A stretch of 38,780 bases of DNA from Bacilli bacterium (GCA_036660495.1 JAVXAN010000001.1:12688-51467); one strand, 5' to 3'; shown: positions 24,181-35,295, counted from the first letter of the stretch. Notes: a model not told the origin generated them from the sequence alone. Numbers and translations are program-made.

Positions 24181-27100
24181 TGATGGATGCAAACAAATTT
24201 GAAGGACTAAAGATATCAATCGCTTCACCCGAAATAATAAGAGGATGGTCTCATGGAGAAGTAAAAAAGCCTGAAACAATAAATTATCGTACGTTAAAAC
24301 CTGAAAGAGATGGCTTATTTTGTGAAAAGATTTTTGGACCATCTAAAGATTACGAATGTTCATGTGGAAAATATAAAAGATTAAGATATAAAGACATTGT
24401 ATGTGATAGGTGTGGGGTTGAAGTAACTAAATCAAAAGTTCGTCGTGAACGTATGGGTCACATCGAACTTGCAACTCCAGTTTCTCATATTTGGTTTTTT
24501 AAGGGAGTTCCATCAAGAATGGGATTAGTACTTGATATGTCTCCAAGAGATTTAGAAGAAGTTTTATACTTTGTATCATATGTAGTAATTAATCCTGGTG
24601 CAGCTCCACTTGAAAAAAAGCAAACGTTATCAGATAAAGAATATCGTGCTTACTATGATAAGTATGGTAATACTTTTGAAGTTGGAATGGGTGCAGAAGC
24701 TATTTTAAAACTATTAAGTGCAATAGATTTAAAAAAAGAAATAGACGCTATTGAAAAAGAATTAGATGGTGCACAAGAACAAAAACGAATTCGTTTATTA
24801 AAGCGTTTAGATATTTTAGATTCATTTATTAAATCAGGCAATAAGCCAGAATGGATGATTTTAACTGCTCTTCCTGTAATTCCGCCAGAACTAAGACCAA
24901 TGATCCAATTAGATGGTGGTCGTTTTGCAACAAGTGATTTAAATGATTTATATCGTCGCGTAATTAATCGTAATAATCGTTTAAAGAAGTTGCTTGAATT
25001 AAATGCCCCTTCAATAATTGTTCAAAATGAAAAAAGAATGTTACAAGAGGCAGTAGATGCATTATTTGATAATGGTCGTCGTGGAAGAAACGTAACGGGT
25101 CCATCAAATAGACCACTTAAATCTTTATCTAGTATGTTAAAAGGAAAACAAGGACGTTTTCGCCAAAACTTATTAGGTAAACGTGTTGATTATTCTGGGC
25201 GTTCAGTTATTGCTGTTGGTCCTACGTTGAAAATGTATCAATGTGGTATTCCAAAGGAAATGGCATTAGAATTATTTAAACCACATGTTATTCATGGCTT
25301 AGTTGAAAGAGATATTGTTCATAACATTAAATCTGCTAAAAAGCTAATTGAAAGCCAAGATGAAAGAGTGTGGGATATTGTTGAAGATGTCATTAAAGAA
25401 CATCCGGTAATGTTAAACCGTGCTCCAACATTGCACCGTTTAGGTATTCAAGCATTTCAACCAAAATTAGTAAGTGGTAAGGCAATAAGGTTACACCCAT
25501 TAGTTTGTGCAGCTTTTAATGCTGACTTTGATGGTGATCAAATGGCTGTGCACGTACCTTTATCAGAAGCGGCACAAGCAGAAGCTAGAATATTGATGTT
25601 AGGGGCTAACAACATTCTATCTCCAAAAGATGGAAAACCAATTGTTACTCCTTCTCAAGACATGGTGTTAGGTAACTATTATTTAACAATGGAAAAAGCT
25701 GGACTAGATGGTGAAGGTAGAATATTTAAAGATGCTAACGAGGTAGTTTGTGCGTATGAGAGAAATGAAATTTCCCTTCATACTAGAATTGCTTTACCAG
25801 TTAAAGCATTAAAATATAAAATGTTTACTGAAAAGCAAAATGAAATGTATTTAGTAACAACGGTTGGTAAAGTTATATTTAATGAAATATTACCAGATGG
25901 ATTTCAATATATTAATGAGCCAACAACCGAAAATTTTGAGCAGTTAACTCCTGATAAGTTTTTCTTACCAAGAGGAACAAATATCCCTGAAGCTATTAGC
26001 AAAATGGAATTAGTTAAACCATTTCCTAAAGGGGCTTTAGAAAGTATTATAGCTCAAATATTTAAAAGATATAAAACAACAGAGACTTCTGTTATGTTAG
26101 ATAGACTAAAGGATTTAGGGTTTAAGTATTCAACGATTGCGGGTATTTCATTATCGGTTGCTGATATTGAAAGAAGTGAAAACAAGCTTCAAATAGTTGA
26201 AAAATCACAAAAAACCGTAGATACAATTAACAAACAATACCAACGTGGTTTAATAACTAACGAAGAACGATATACAAAAGTATGTGAAGTATGGACTAAG
26301 GCTACTAATGAAGTTGAAAAAGAACTAAAGATAAAAGTTGAATCTCCATCTGATAATTCGATTATGATGATGATGAATTCAAAAGCTCGTGGTAACTTAT
26401 CTCAATTTTGTCAATTAGCTGGTATGCGTGGACTTCTTCAAAAGCCAAATGGCGAAGTAGTAGAAATCCCAGTAACCTCATCTTTTATTGATGGATTATC
26501 AGTATCAGAGTTCTTTATATCTACTCATGGAGCTCGTAAAGGTAACGCAGATACCGCTCTTAAAACAGCTGATTCTGGATATTTAACAAGACGATTAGTT
26601 GATGTTGTACAAGACGTTATTGTAAGAGAAGATGATTGCGGAACAATCCAAGGTGTTAACGTTAAGGCGTTTATTGATGATGGTTCTGGAACGGTAATTG
26701 AAAGTTTATATGAACGTATATTAGGACGTTTTACTAATAAAAAAGTGATTAATCCAGAAACAAAACAAGTTATTATTGAAAAAAATCAATTAATTACTGA
26801 ACAAATTGCCGATAAGATAGTTAATCTTGGTATTAAAGAAGTAGAATTAAGAACAGCATTAACTTGTAAGACTGAAAACGGAGTTTGTAAACACTGCTAT
26901 GGACGTAATTTAGCAACTGGTAACATAGTTGAAATAGGTGAAGCTGTTGGTATAATGGCAGCACAATCAATTGGTGAACCAGGTACTCAGTTAACGATGC
27001 GTACTTTCCATACTGGAGGAGTTGCCTCTGGTGAGGATATAACACAAGGTTTACCTCGTGTACAAGAGTTGTTTGAAGCTAGAAATCCAAAGGCTCGTGC

Positions 27101-27812
27101 TTCAGTTGCGGAAATCAATGGTAAAGTAACTAAAATTGATGATGCTAATGGTAAATTTAAAGTTTCTATATCAAATGATGTAGAAACAAGAGAACATACA
27201 ACTAATTATGGTGTAAAATTATGCGTTGAATTAGGTCAAGAAGTAAAAGCGGGAGATAAGCTAAACATAGGATCAATTAATCCTAAAGAATTGCTTGCTG
27301 TTACTGACCCAATTACTGCACAACAATATATTTTAAGTGAAATACAAAAAGTATATAAATCACAAGGTGTTGATGTTTCTGACAAGCACGTTGAAATCCT
27401 AGCTCGTCGTATGATAGCTAGAATTAAAATTGTTAATGGTGGAGATACTACTCTTGTATCTGGAAAACTTGTATCAATGCAAGAATTTACTAGAATTAAT
27501 AAAGAATATATTATTAAAGGTAAAAAGCCAGCTACTGGTAGACCGATTATGCTTGGTATTACTAAAGCATCATTGGAGACTGATTCATTCTTATCAGCGG
27601 CATCTTTCCAGGAAACAACAAGGATCTTAACAGATGCAGCAATTAAGGGTAAAATAGATCACTTAAGAGGTTTAAAGGAAAACGTTATTGTTGGTAAACT
27701 AATACCAGCAGGTACTGGAATAAAGGATTATTCCAACGTTGAATATACTCTTGAAAGTGAAAAGGTTGATACTGATGCACTTGATGTGTTAGAAGAGCAG
27801 TTAACGGATTAA
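24180..27812 (+). CDS. rpoC: DNA-directed RNA polymerase beta' subunit
   Basis: Zn finger [23 protein letters not shown], catalytic [12 protein letters not shown], trigger loop and bridge helix regions. The ATG shares one nt with the rpoB TAA (TAATG). The second Met at 24183 is also a possible start. Confidence 0.98.
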   Translation: MMDANKFEGLKISIASPEIIRGWSHGEVKKPETINYRTLKPERDGLFCEKIFGPSKDYECSCGKYKRLRYKDIVCDRCGVEVTKSKVRRERMGHIELATPVSHIWFFKGVPSRMGLVLDMSPRDLEEVLYFVSYVVINPGAAPLEKKQTLSDKEYRAYYDKYGNTFEVGMGAEAILKLLSAIDLKKEIDAIEKELDGAQEQKRIRLLKRLDILDSFIKSGNKPEWMILTALPVIPPELRPMIQLDGGRFATSDLNDLYRRVINRNNRLKKLLELNAPSIIVQNEKRMLQEAVDALFDNGRRGRNVTGPSNRPLKSLSSMLKGKQGRFRQNLLGKRVDYSGRSVIAVGPTLKMYQCGIPKEMALELFKPHVIHGLVERDIVHNIKSAKKLIESQDERVWDIVEDVIKEHPVMLNRAPTLHRLGIQAFQPKLVSGKAIRLHPLVCAAFNADFDGDQMAVHVPLSEAAQAEARILMLGANNILSPKDGKPIVTPSQDMVLGNYYLTMEKAGLDGEGRIFKDANEVVCAYERNEISLHTRIALPVKALKYKMFTEKQNEMYLVTTVGKVIFNEILPDGFQYINEPTTENFEQLTPDKFFLPRGTNIPEAISKMELVKPFPKGALESIIAQIFKRYKTTETSVMLDRLKDLGFKYSTIAGISLSVADIERSENKLQIVEKSQKTVDTINKQYQRGLITNEERYTKVCEVWTKATNEVEKELKIKVESPSDNSIMMMMNSKARGNLSQFCQLAGMRGLLQKPNGEVVEIPVTSSFIDGLSVSEFFISTHGARKGNADTALKTADSGYLTRRLVDVVQDVIVREDDCGTIQGVNVKAFIDDGSGTVIESLYERILGRFTNKKVINPETKQVIIEKNQLITEQIADKIVNLGIKEVELRTALTCKTENGVCKHCYGRNLATGNIVEIGEAVGIMAAQSIGEPGTQLTMRTFHTGGVASGEDITQGLPRVQELFEARNPKARASVAEINGKVTKIDDANGKFKVSISNDVETREHTTNYGVKLCVELGQEVKAGDKLNIGSINPKELLAVTDPITAQQYILSEIQKVYKSQGVDVSDKHVEILARRMIARIKIVNGGDTTLVSGKLVSMQEFTRINKEYIIKGKKPATGRPIMLGITKASLETDSFLSAASFQETTRILTDAAIKGKIDHLRGLKENVIVGKLIPAGTGIKDYSNVEYTLESEKVDTDALDVLEEQLTD

Positions 27813-27818
27813 TAAAAA

Positions 27819-27843
27819 GGAGCTTAATTAAAGCTCTTTTTTT
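27819..27843 (+). terminator. Intrinsic terminator after rpoC
   Basis: GAGCTT (27820-27825) pairs with AAGCTC (27831-27836), flanked by an A-run and a T-run that extend the stem, then T7. Confidence 0.7.
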
Positions 27844-27902
27844 GGTTATTGTGTATAATTTTATTCAAACTTAATATTTAATATGGCGTTTATTGTTTTT
27901 TG

Positions 27903-27911
27903 TGTTAAAAT
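27903..27911 (+). promoter_or_regulatory. Extended -10 element (TGtTAAAAT) upstream of tilS
   Basis: The same TGTGTTAAAAT 11-mer as upstream of mrnC. No good -35. Confidence 0.35.
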
Positions 27912-27929
27912 ATACTTTAGGTGATTTTA

Positions 27930-29246
27930 ATGGAAGATGTCTATGAATATTTAAAAAACAACATATTGTTAAAAGCAACTGATTCATTGGTAGTTGCCGT
28001 ATCAGGTGGACCTGATTCAATGGCATTATTATTTATATTAAAAAGTATGTATAAAGATAATAAAATTATTTGTGCTCATGTTAACCATAGACTTAGAGAA
28101 GAAAGTAATCAGGAAGAAATCAATTTAAAAAAATATTGTTTGATGAATAACGTTATATTTGAATGTATGCATATTGATTCATACGGTAAGGATAATTTTC
28201 ATAACGATGCAAGAAATAAGCGTTACGATTTTTTTGATAAATTAATGAATAAATATAAGTCTAAGTATTTATTTACGGCACACCATGGAGATGATCTTAT
28301 TGAAACAGTGTTAATGAGATTAACAAGAGGTTCTACCTTAAAAGGATACGCTGGTATTAGCTTAAAATCTGCTGTTAATAATTATGAAATAATAAGACCA
28401 TTATTATTTGTTACCAAAGATTATTTATTAAATTTTTGTATAGCAAATAAAATAGATTATGCTGTTGATAAGTCCAATTTTAGTGATAAATATACTAGAA
28501 ATCGATATCGAAACAACGTTTTACCATTTTTAAAGAAAGAAAATTCAAACGTTAATAAGCAATTTTTAAAATATAGTAGCATACTTTTTAAATATGATGA
28601 TTATATAAAACAAGTTACGGATGAAAAGTATTTAATACTTTATAAAAATGGTAAACTAAATATTAAATATTTTAATAAAGAAGCAGAATTAATTAAAATA
28701 AAGTTAATTGAAAAATTATTATTAGAAATTTATGGTAAAAACATATCATTAGTAGGAAGTAAGCACGTAAATAATATTATTAAAATACTAAATAGTAAGA
28801 AACCCAATAATATGATTAAATTACCTAATAATGTTTTAGCAATTAAGAATTATAATTATTTTTACTTAACAGACAGTAATGAAACGTTTAATTATTGTTA
28901 TGAATTTACGGGATATGTAGAATTACCTAACAATATGGTTATTAAAACAATTAACACTATAGAAAACACTAGTAATTATGTGGCAGCGTTTGATTCAAAA
29001 GAATTATTATTACCACTATATGTTAGAAGTAAGTTAGACGGTGATAAAATAGAGGTTTTAGGACTAAATGGTGTTAAAAAAGTAAAAGATATTTTTATTA
29101 ATGAAAAAGTTAATAAAGAAGCAAGAACTACTTATCCAGTACTAGTAGATTCTGGTGGAAAAATTATTTGGCTACCAGGTTTAAAAAAGAGTAAATATGA
29201 CAAAACAAAGACTAATAAATATGATATAATAGTTAAGTACGATTAA
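27930..29246 (+). CDS. tilS: tRNA(Ile)-lysidine synthase TilS
   Basis: PP-loop VAVSGGPDSMAL, HVNHRLREES, TAHHGDDLIETVLMRL and the C-terminal TilS_C region (GDKIEVLGLNGVKKVKDIFINEKV). ATG 27930 is 5 nt after AGGTGA. Confidence 0.9.
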   Translation: MEDVYEYLKNNILLKATDSLVVAVSGGPDSMALLFILKSMYKDNKIICAHVNHRLREESNQEEINLKKYCLMNNVIFECMHIDSYGKDNFHNDARNKRYDFFDKLMNKYKSKYLFTAHHGDDLIETVLMRLTRGSTLKGYAGISLKSAVNNYEIIRPLLFVTKDYLLNFCIANKIDYAVDKSNFSDKYTRNRYRNNVLPFLKKENSNVNKQFLKYSSILFKYDDYIKQVTDEKYLILYKNGKLNIKYFNKEAELIKIKLIEKLLLEIYGKNISLVGSKHVNNIIKILNSKKPNNMIKLPNNVLAIKNYNYFYLTDSNETFNYCYEFTGYVELPNNMVIKTINTIENTSNYVAAFDSKELLLPLYVRSKLDGDKIEVLGLNGVKKVKDIFINEKVNKEARTTYPVLVDSGGKIIWLPGLKKSKYDKTKTNKYDIIVKYD

Positions 29247-29257
29247 GGAGGATTTGA

Positions 29258-31219
29258 ATGATACAACAAAAACAAGATATAAAAAAGGGAATGGTCCCTT
29301 ACGTATTATTATTAATAATTGGAATACTAATAATGTTTTTTTATAGTATGATGAGTAATAATACTAATGAGCTTACTTATGATGAGTTTTCTAAAGCTTT
29401 AAACAAAAAAGAAATTAAGGAAATAACTATAACTCCAAGTACTAGCGCTTATACGTATGAATTAACAGGTAAATTAAAAGGATATGAAAAGGGAGAAACC
29501 TTTGTAGTTAAAACACCTTTATCAGATTCTATAATAAATAAAATAATAGATGCTAGTGATGAAAATGGTTTTAAAGTAACTGCTAAAGCAGATCCTGCAT
29601 CAAGTACTTGGCTAGTATTTTTGCTTAACGTTGCGCCATACTTATTATTAATAGGGGTTGCCTTTTGGTTTTTCACAAGACAAGTAAATAATAATAAGGG
29701 TTCGATGGATTTTGGAAAAAGTAAAGCAAAGTTAAATGCTGATAAAGGTGTTGTTACCTTTAAAGATGTAGCAGGCTTACCAGAGGAAAAAGAAGAACTT
29801 CAAGAATTAATTGATTTTTTGAAAACACCAAAGAAGTTTCAAAAATTAGGTGCTAGAATACCTAAAGGGGTTTTATTGGTAGGCCCTCCAGGAACAGGTA
29901 AAACTCTATTAGCTAAGGCTGTAGCCGGAGAGGCTAACGCGCCATTTTATTTCATTAGTGGTTCTGATTTTGTTGAACTATATGTTGGAGTTGGGGCAAG
30001 TAGAGTTAGAGATATGTTTAAACAGGCTAAGCATAATGCTCCCTGCTTAATATTTATAGATGAGATAGATGCTGTTGGAAGACAAAGAGGAACGGGTATT
30101 GGTGGTGGACATGATGAACGCGAACAAACGTTAAACCAATTACTAACGGAAATGGATGGCTTTGGTGCTAACGAAGGTATAATTATTATTGCAGCAACTA
30201 ATAGACCAGACGTTCTTGATCCAGCACTATTAAGACCTGGAAGGTTTGACAGGCAAGTAACGGTAGCGTTACCTGATATAAAAGCAAGAACCGAAATTTT
30301 AAAAGTGCATGCTAAAAACAAAGTTATGGCTAAAAGTGTCAACTTACATAACATTGCCAGAAGATGCGTTGGATTTAGTGGGGCTGATTTAGAAAATCTT
30401 CTAAATGAAGCAGCTTTATTAGCTGTAAGGCGAGAAAAAAATGCGATAACAATGTCAGAAATTGATGAAGCAATTGACAGAGTTATTATGGGACCTGCAA
30501 AACTTACTAAAAAGTATACTGATAATGAAAAGAAGTTAGTAGCTTACCACGAAGCGGGGCATGCCGTACTTGGAATTAAGCTTGATGATGCAAATGATGT
30601 TCAAAAAGTTACTATTATTCCAAGGGGTCAAGCTGGTGGATATAATTTAATGATGCCTAAAGAAGAAAAATACACAGCTACAAAAACCGAATTATTAGAA
30701 CAAATAATGGGACTTTTGGGAGGCCGTGTAGCTGAAGAAGTTGTGTTCAATGAAATTACAACTGGAGCGCATAATGATTTTGAGCAAGCTACTAAAATAG
30801 CAAGAAGTATGGTAACTGAGTATGGAATGAGTTCCCTTGGACCGGTTCAGCTTGAAACACGAAGTGAAGGTGCTTTCTTAGGAAGAGATTATAATAAAAA
30901 CCGAAATTTCTCTGACCAGGTTGCTTTAGAAATAGATAATGAAGTAAGAACGATAATTAATGGATGCTATGATAAGGCAAAATTAATGGTAATTGAAAAC
31001 AGAAAGTTATTAGATCTTTTAGCAACAACGTTAATTGAGTGTGAAACCTTAACGAAAGAACAAATAGATTATTTGGCAGAATATGGTAAAATGCCAGAAG
31101 AAGAATTGCTTGATGATCTGTCATTAGCAAAATTAAAAGAAATGGCAAAGGAAAAAGAAATTGCTGGATATTCTTCAATGAATAAAGAAGAACTAAAAAA
31201 AGCAATAAGCGAAGATTAA
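29258..31219 (+). CDS. ftsH: ATP-dependent zinc metalloprotease FtsH with an extra C-terminal Rho_N/HeH-like segment
   Basis: Two N-terminal TMs, Walker A GPPGTGKT, Walker [31 protein letters not shown], and Zn site HEAGHA. SD AAGGAGG. Confidence 0.97.
   Translation: MIQQKQDIKKGMVPYVLLLIIGILIMFFYSMMSNNTNELTYDEFSKALNKKEIKEITITPSTSAYTYELTGKLKGYEKGETFVVKTPLSDSIINKIIDASDENGFKVTAKADPASSTWLVFLLNVAPYLLLIGVAFWFFTRQVNNNKGSMDFGKSKAKLNADKGVVTFKDVAGLPEEKEELQELIDFLKTPKKFQKLGARIPKGVLLVGPPGTGKTLLAKAVAGEANAPFYFISGSDFVELYVGVGASRVRDMFKQAKHNAPCLIFIDEIDAVGRQRGTGIGGGHDEREQTLNQLLTEMDGFGANEGIIIIAATNRPDVLDPALLRPGRFDRQVTVALPDIKARTEILKVHAKNKVMAKSVNLHNIARRCVGFSGADLENLLNEAALLAVRREKNAITMSEIDEAIDRVIMGPAKLTKKYTDNEKKLVAYHEAGHAVLGIKLDDANDVQKVTIIPRGQAGGYNLMMPKEEKYTATKTELLEQIMGLLGGRVAEEVVFNEITTGAHNDFEQATKIARSMVTEYGMSSLGPVQLETRSEGAFLGRDYNKNRNFSDQVALEIDNEVRTIINGCYDKAKLMVIENRKLLDLLATTLIECETLTKEQIDYLAEYGKMPEEELLDDLSLAKLKEMAKEKEIAGYSSMNKEELKKAISED
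31118..31216 (+). other. Rho_N / helix-extension-helix (SAP/LEM-like) motif at the FtsH C-terminus
   Basis: [33 protein letters not shown] fits the L..l.l.eL..lAke..I.gyskm.K.eLi.aI pattern of the Rho N-terminal HeH domain (compare B. subtilis Rho LENMKLKELYELARHYKISYYSKLTKKELIFAIL). Confidence 0.55.
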
Positions 31220-31221
31220 TA

Positions 31222-31256
31222 AAAAACGTTTAGTTAATAATTCTAAACGTTTTTTT
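31222..31256. terminator. Bidirectional intrinsic terminator shared by the convergent ftsH and PBP genes
   Basis: AAAAACGTTTAG (31222-31233) pairs with CTAAACGTTTTT (31243-31254) across a 9-nt loop, with A/T runs on both sides. Most of the hairpin (from 31230) lies within the last codons of the minus-strand PBP gene. Confidence 0.75.
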
Positions 31257-33176
31257 ATATCCAGGTTCAGTGCCTTTAATATAATATAATATTTTTTTTA
31301 ATTTTGATTCATTAGTTGCAACTGCACCGGTTTCTACGTCAGTTAAAACACCTACTACGTTATCTGGTTTTTTATACCATGTTTGTTTTTCATCTCTTAA
31401 ATAATTTTCAATAGTATCAGCCCAAATGTTTTTTGCATATTTGTACTCTTTGTTTGAAAGCTTTCGATTATCATCATATCCAGTCCAAACACCAACGGTA
31501 ATGTCTGGATTGTATCCAACTGTCCATAGGTCATAATCTGTAGTACCGCTCTTTACAGCATACTTTCTGGTTATTTTAGGAGCTATAGAGGCACAAGTTG
31601 GCGAAGCATAACTTTTTAAATTAGGATCATATGTATTTGATAGTAATTCATTTAAAATGTACGTATAAGATTCACTTAACACTCTATCTTTATTTTCCTT
31701 ATGTTTATATATAATATCACCATTTCCATCTTCTACTTTTTTAATTAAATGTGATTTAATTTTGTAACCGTTATTAGCAAGTGCCGCATAGGCAGATACA
31801 AATTCATCGATATATAATTCGTTAGTGCCTAAGGGTAATGAGGCATTACTTTCTAGTTTTGAAGATATTCCTGCTTTTTTAGCTGTTTCAACCAAAACAT
31901 TTTCACCTAAAAATAAATGAGTTTTAATAGCGTATATATTATCTGAATAAGCAATAGCTAAAGCCATAGTAATCTTATTATTAGGATAAATATCACCATA
32001 ATTGCTAGGCGAGTATGTTAACCCATTTTCTAAAGTAAAAGTTGTTGGTTTACTAAGAAAAGTGCTAGCAGCAGTCAAGCCGTTTTCTAAAGCAGAATAA
32101 TAAAGAAATGGTTTCATAGCAGATCCAACTTGTCTTTTAGATTGTACTGCCCTATTATATTGAGACTTAGAGTAATCTTTACCACCAGCAAGAGCCATTA
32201 TTTCTCCGTTATTAGGATTCATTACAATTGCAGATACTTGCATTTCTTCTTTTTTTTCCATGTTGTTTTTTATACTTTCTTCTAATACTGTCTGAGCTTT
32301 TAAATCAAGAGCAGTATATATTTTTAATCCTTCTTGTCTAATGGTATCGGGACTAACTATTTTTAATTCTTCTAATTCTCTTATAATTGCATCTTGATAA
32401 TACATAATTGTAGATAAGTTTAAATTCTCTTTTTTTCCATAATAAGTTAGCTTTACGTTTAAAGTGTCTTTCATTTCTTTTTTGTTAATAATTTTATTAT
32501 TAACAAGGGAAATCAAAATTTCTTTTTGCCTTTTTTTAGCTTTTTTTTCATTATTTAGTGGTGAATAATTATTTGGTGACTTAGGAATCCCAGCTAACAT
32601 TGTAGCTTCAGCCATTGATAAATGCTTAGAAGATTTATTAAAGTAATATAGCGAAGCATTTTCTATTCCAAGAATCCCGTTGCCGTAGTTTATAGTGTTA
32701 AGGTATCCTTCAAGAATATCTTTTTTTGAATATTGAACTTCAAGGCAAAAGGCATACCATGCTTCTTTTATTTTTCTTGACCATGTTTTTTCGAACGTTA
32801 AAAACAAGTTTCTAGCATATTGCTGAGTAATTGTTGATGCCCCCTGCTTTATCTCTTTTGATTTTAGATTAATAAAAGAAGATTTTATTATTCTAGGAAT
32901 ATCAAATCCATAGTGTTCATAAAAGTTTTTATCCTCTGAATATATTGTTGCTTTTATTAAGTTTTTATTAATATTATTAAGTTCAATCCATTTTTTTGTA
33001 CCATTACTCCCTTCATAAAAACTTTTATTGTCTTTATCATACATGTATATACTGTTTGAATTTTGAATATCAATTTTGTTAAAGTATTTAGCATATACAT
33101 ATAAAAAGCTATATAAGATAATGAATGCAATCATTAGGACAAGAATAATTTTAACAAGCAATTTAGTTTTTTTCAT
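31230..33176 (-). CDS. Class A (bifunctional glycosyltransferase GT51 / transpeptidase) penicillin-binding protein
   Basis: N-terminal TM. GT51 motifs EDKNFYEHYGFD, GASTITQQYARN and RKIKEAWYAFCLE. Transpeptidase motifs SAMKPF (SxxK), YSDN (SxN) and KSGTT (K[ST]G). ATG 33176 is 7 nt after GGAGAGG; the track TTG 33179 is only 4 nt after it. Confidence 0.9.
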   Translation of the reverse strand: MKKTKLLVKIILVLMIAFIILYSFLYVYAKYFNKIDIQNSNSIYMYDKDNKSFYEGSNGTKKWIELNNINKNLIKATIYSEDKNFYEHYGFDIPRIIKSSFINLKSKEIKQGASTITQQYARNLFLTFEKTWSRKIKEAWYAFCLEVQYSKKDILEGYLNTINYGNGILGIENASLYYFNKSSKHLSMAEATMLAGIPKSPNNYSPLNNEKKAKKRQKEILISLVNNKIINKKEMKDTLNVKLTYYGKKENLNLSTIMYYQDAIIRELEELKIVSPDTIRQEGLKIYTALDLKAQTVLEESIKNNMEKKEEMQVSAIVMNPNNGEIMALAGGKDYSKSQYNRAVQSKRQVGSAMKPFLYYSALENGLTAASTFLSKPTTFTLENGLTYSPSNYGDIYPNNKITMALAIAYSDNIYAIKTHLFLGENVLVETAKKAGISSKLESNASLPLGTNELYIDEFVSAYAALANNGYKIKSHLIKKVEDGNGDIIYKHKENKDRVLSESYTYILNELLSNTYDPNLKSYASPTCASIAPKITRKYAVKSGTTDYDLWTVGYNPDITVGVWTGYDDNRKLSNKEYKYAKNIWADTIENYLRDEKQTWYKKPDNVVGVLTDVETGAVATNESKLKKILYYIKGTEPGYKKTFRIIN

Positions 33177-33236
33177 CAATCAACCTCTCCCATATCTTTA
33201 TTATTGGTAAAAAAAGTTAAAATATAAGTAATTTAT

Positions 33237-33266
33237 TTGTATCTTTTTCGTTTTATATGCTATAAT
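33237..33266 (+). promoter_or_regulatory. Promoter for DUF1934-argS-rpoE...: TTGTAT-18-(TGc)TATAAT
   Basis: TTGTAT at 33237-33242 and TGcTATAAT at 33258-33266. Confidence 0.55.
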
Positions 33267-33293
33267 GACACTAGAAAAATTTAGGTGATGTTT

Positions 33294-33665
33294 ATGAAAA
33301 AAATAAATATATATGCATCTATTGCTGGTAGAGTAAATGCTAAAAGCGAATTAAACACGGTAGGTACTATAGATGATAACGTAATTTCATATGATGATGG
33401 TGAGGTAAAAGTGAAAGTATGCTTGCTTAATGATGAGATTTCCATCACAAGAAAAACAAGTGAAATGTTATTAAATTTACAATTTAAAGAAAGCACAAAA
33501 AAACTTAGTGAATATAAAATCAACTTAATACCTTCTGTTATGAATGTTGAAACTAATACTAAAAAATTGGAAATACGCAATAATAGTTTAACTGTATATT
33601 ATGATTTAAAAATAAACGGAGTGCATAGCGATACTTTCACATACTATTTAGAATGGAGTGATTAA
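33294..33665 (+). CDS. DUF1934 (YwiB-like) beta-barrel protein
   Basis: About 120 aa, immediately upstream of and overlapping argS, like B. subtilis ywiB. ATG 33294 is 5 nt after AGGTGA. The family assignment rests on size, position and general sequence character, not on a diagnostic motif. Confidence 0.6.
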   Translation: MKKINIYASIAGRVNAKSELNTVGTIDDNVISYDDGEVKVKVCLLNDEISITRKTSEMLLNLQFKESTKKLSEYKINLIPSVMNVETNTKKLEIRNNSLTVYYDLKINGVHSDTFTYYLEWSD

Positions 33666-33666
33666 A

Positions 33667-35295
33667 TTGAATTTAAAGTTAATGATTAAAAAAACTATTA
33701 TAAAGGCTTTAGAAGAACTTAATATTGAATATGATAGCAAAAGAATAATTATTGAAATCCCTAAAAATCGAGAAAACGGGGACTTTTCTAGTAATATTGC
33801 TATGCAATTAAGTGGAACACTTAAGAAAAAACCGGTTGAAATTGCAGAACGTTTAGTTAAAACAATGGAAAAAAGTGGAAAAATAGAAAAGTGTGAAATA
33901 GCAATGCCTGGTTTTATTAATTTTTATTTAGATAATGAATATATTTTTAGTGGTATAAAATCAATTATTAAAGATGATTCTAATTATGGAAGAAGTAATA
34001 TGGGCAATAACAAAAAAATTAATATTGAGTTTGTTAGTGCTAATCCAACAGGGATTTTACACCTTGGAACGGCAAGGGGTGCTGCGTATGGTTCTAATTT
34101 AGCAAACATAATGACTTTTGCGGGATATAATGTAACAAAAGAGTATTATGTTAATGATGCGGGTAACCAAATTGATAACTTAGGAATATCTATAAGGGAA
34201 AGATATAAAGGATTATGCTTGTTGACGGAAAACATGCCTGAAAACGGATATTATGGTAATGAAATAATTAGTATTGCCAAAATTATTAAAGATAAGTATG
34301 GTAATGGTAAAATTAATGAAAATATAAGCTTTTTTAAAGAAGTTGGAGTTGATTATTTACTTAATATAATAAAAGAAGATTTGTATAATTTTGGGGTTTC
34401 TTTTGATATATGGACGAGTGAAAAAGAAATTAGGGCTAAAGGAAAAATTGAAGAGTCACTTGATATTTTAAATAAATCTGGATTAATATATGAAAAAGAT
34501 AATGCTAAATGGCTTAGAACAACAGCTTATGGAGATGATAAAGATCGAGTTCTTATAAAGTCAGATGGTAGTTATACTTACTTAGTGCCAGATATTGCTT
34601 ATCATTTAGATAAGTTTGATAGAAAATATGATGAATTAATAGATGTTTTAGGAGCAGACCATCATAGTTATGTATCTAGGTTAAAGGCAAGTATTGAAGC
34701 GTTAGGGTATGATCCTAAAATGCTATCAGTAAAACTATTACAAATGGTAAGATTATTAAGAAGCGGTACGATAGCTAAGATGAGTAAAAGAGCTGGTGGA
34801 AATATAACTATTTCAGAATTAGTAGAAGAAATAGGAATTGATGCTGCTAGGTATTTCTTTGCATCTAGGTCATTAGATACACAAATGGATTTTGATATTG
34901 ATTTAGCAATGAGTAAGTCAAATGAAAATCCTGCTTTCTATGTTCAGTATGCCCATGCAAGAATATGTTCTATATTAAGAGAGGCACAAGCAAAGAAAAT
35001 CAAGCTATCATTAGATGTTAAGGATATTTATTCTAGTGATGCTAAAGCTTTAATTTTAAAAACATATGAGTTTATGGACGTAGTAGAAACTTCTGCTATG
35101 AAAAAAGAACCTCACTTAATAACAAATTATGTATATGAATTATCAAGCCTTTTCCATAGTTATTATGGAAAAGAAAAGATATTAACAGATGATGAAAACG
35201 TTTCATCACAAAAATTAAGCTTAATAAAAAGCGTACAAATTACCATTAAAAACGCATTATCTCTTATTGGAGTAAATGCGATAGAAAAAATGTAG
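33667..35295 (+). CDS. argS: Arginine--tRNA ligase
   Basis: Add-1 N-domain (ENGDFSSNIAMQL), HIGH-type SANPTGILHLGTARG, KMSKS-type AKMSKRAGG and a DALR anticodon-binding domain. Start uncertain: TTG 33667 is 5 nt after GGAGTGA; GTG 33658 and ATG 33682 are alternatives. Confidence 0.93.
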   Translation: MNLKLMIKKTIIKALEELNIEYDSKRIIIEIPKNRENGDFSSNIAMQLSGTLKKKPVEIAERLVKTMEKSGKIEKCEIAMPGFINFYLDNEYIFSGIKSIIKDDSNYGRSNMGNNKKINIEFVSANPTGILHLGTARGAAYGSNLANIMTFAGYNVTKEYYVNDAGNQIDNLGISIRERYKGLCLLTENMPENGYYGNEIISIAKIIKDKYGNGKINENISFFKEVGVDYLLNIIKEDLYNFGVSFDIWTSEKEIRAKGKIEESLDILNKSGLIYEKDNAKWLRTTAYGDDKDRVLIKSDGSYTYLVPDIAYHLDKFDRKYDELIDVLGADHHSYVSRLKASIEALGYDPKMLSVKLLQMVRLLRSGTIAKMSKRAGGNITISELVEEIGIDAARYFFASRSLDTQMDFDIDLAMSKSNENPAFYVQYAHARICSILREAQAKKIKLSLDVKDIYSSDAKALILKTYEFMDVVETSAMKKEPHLITNYVYELSSLFHSYYGKEKILTDDENVSSQKLSLIKSVQITIKNALSLIGVNAIEKM

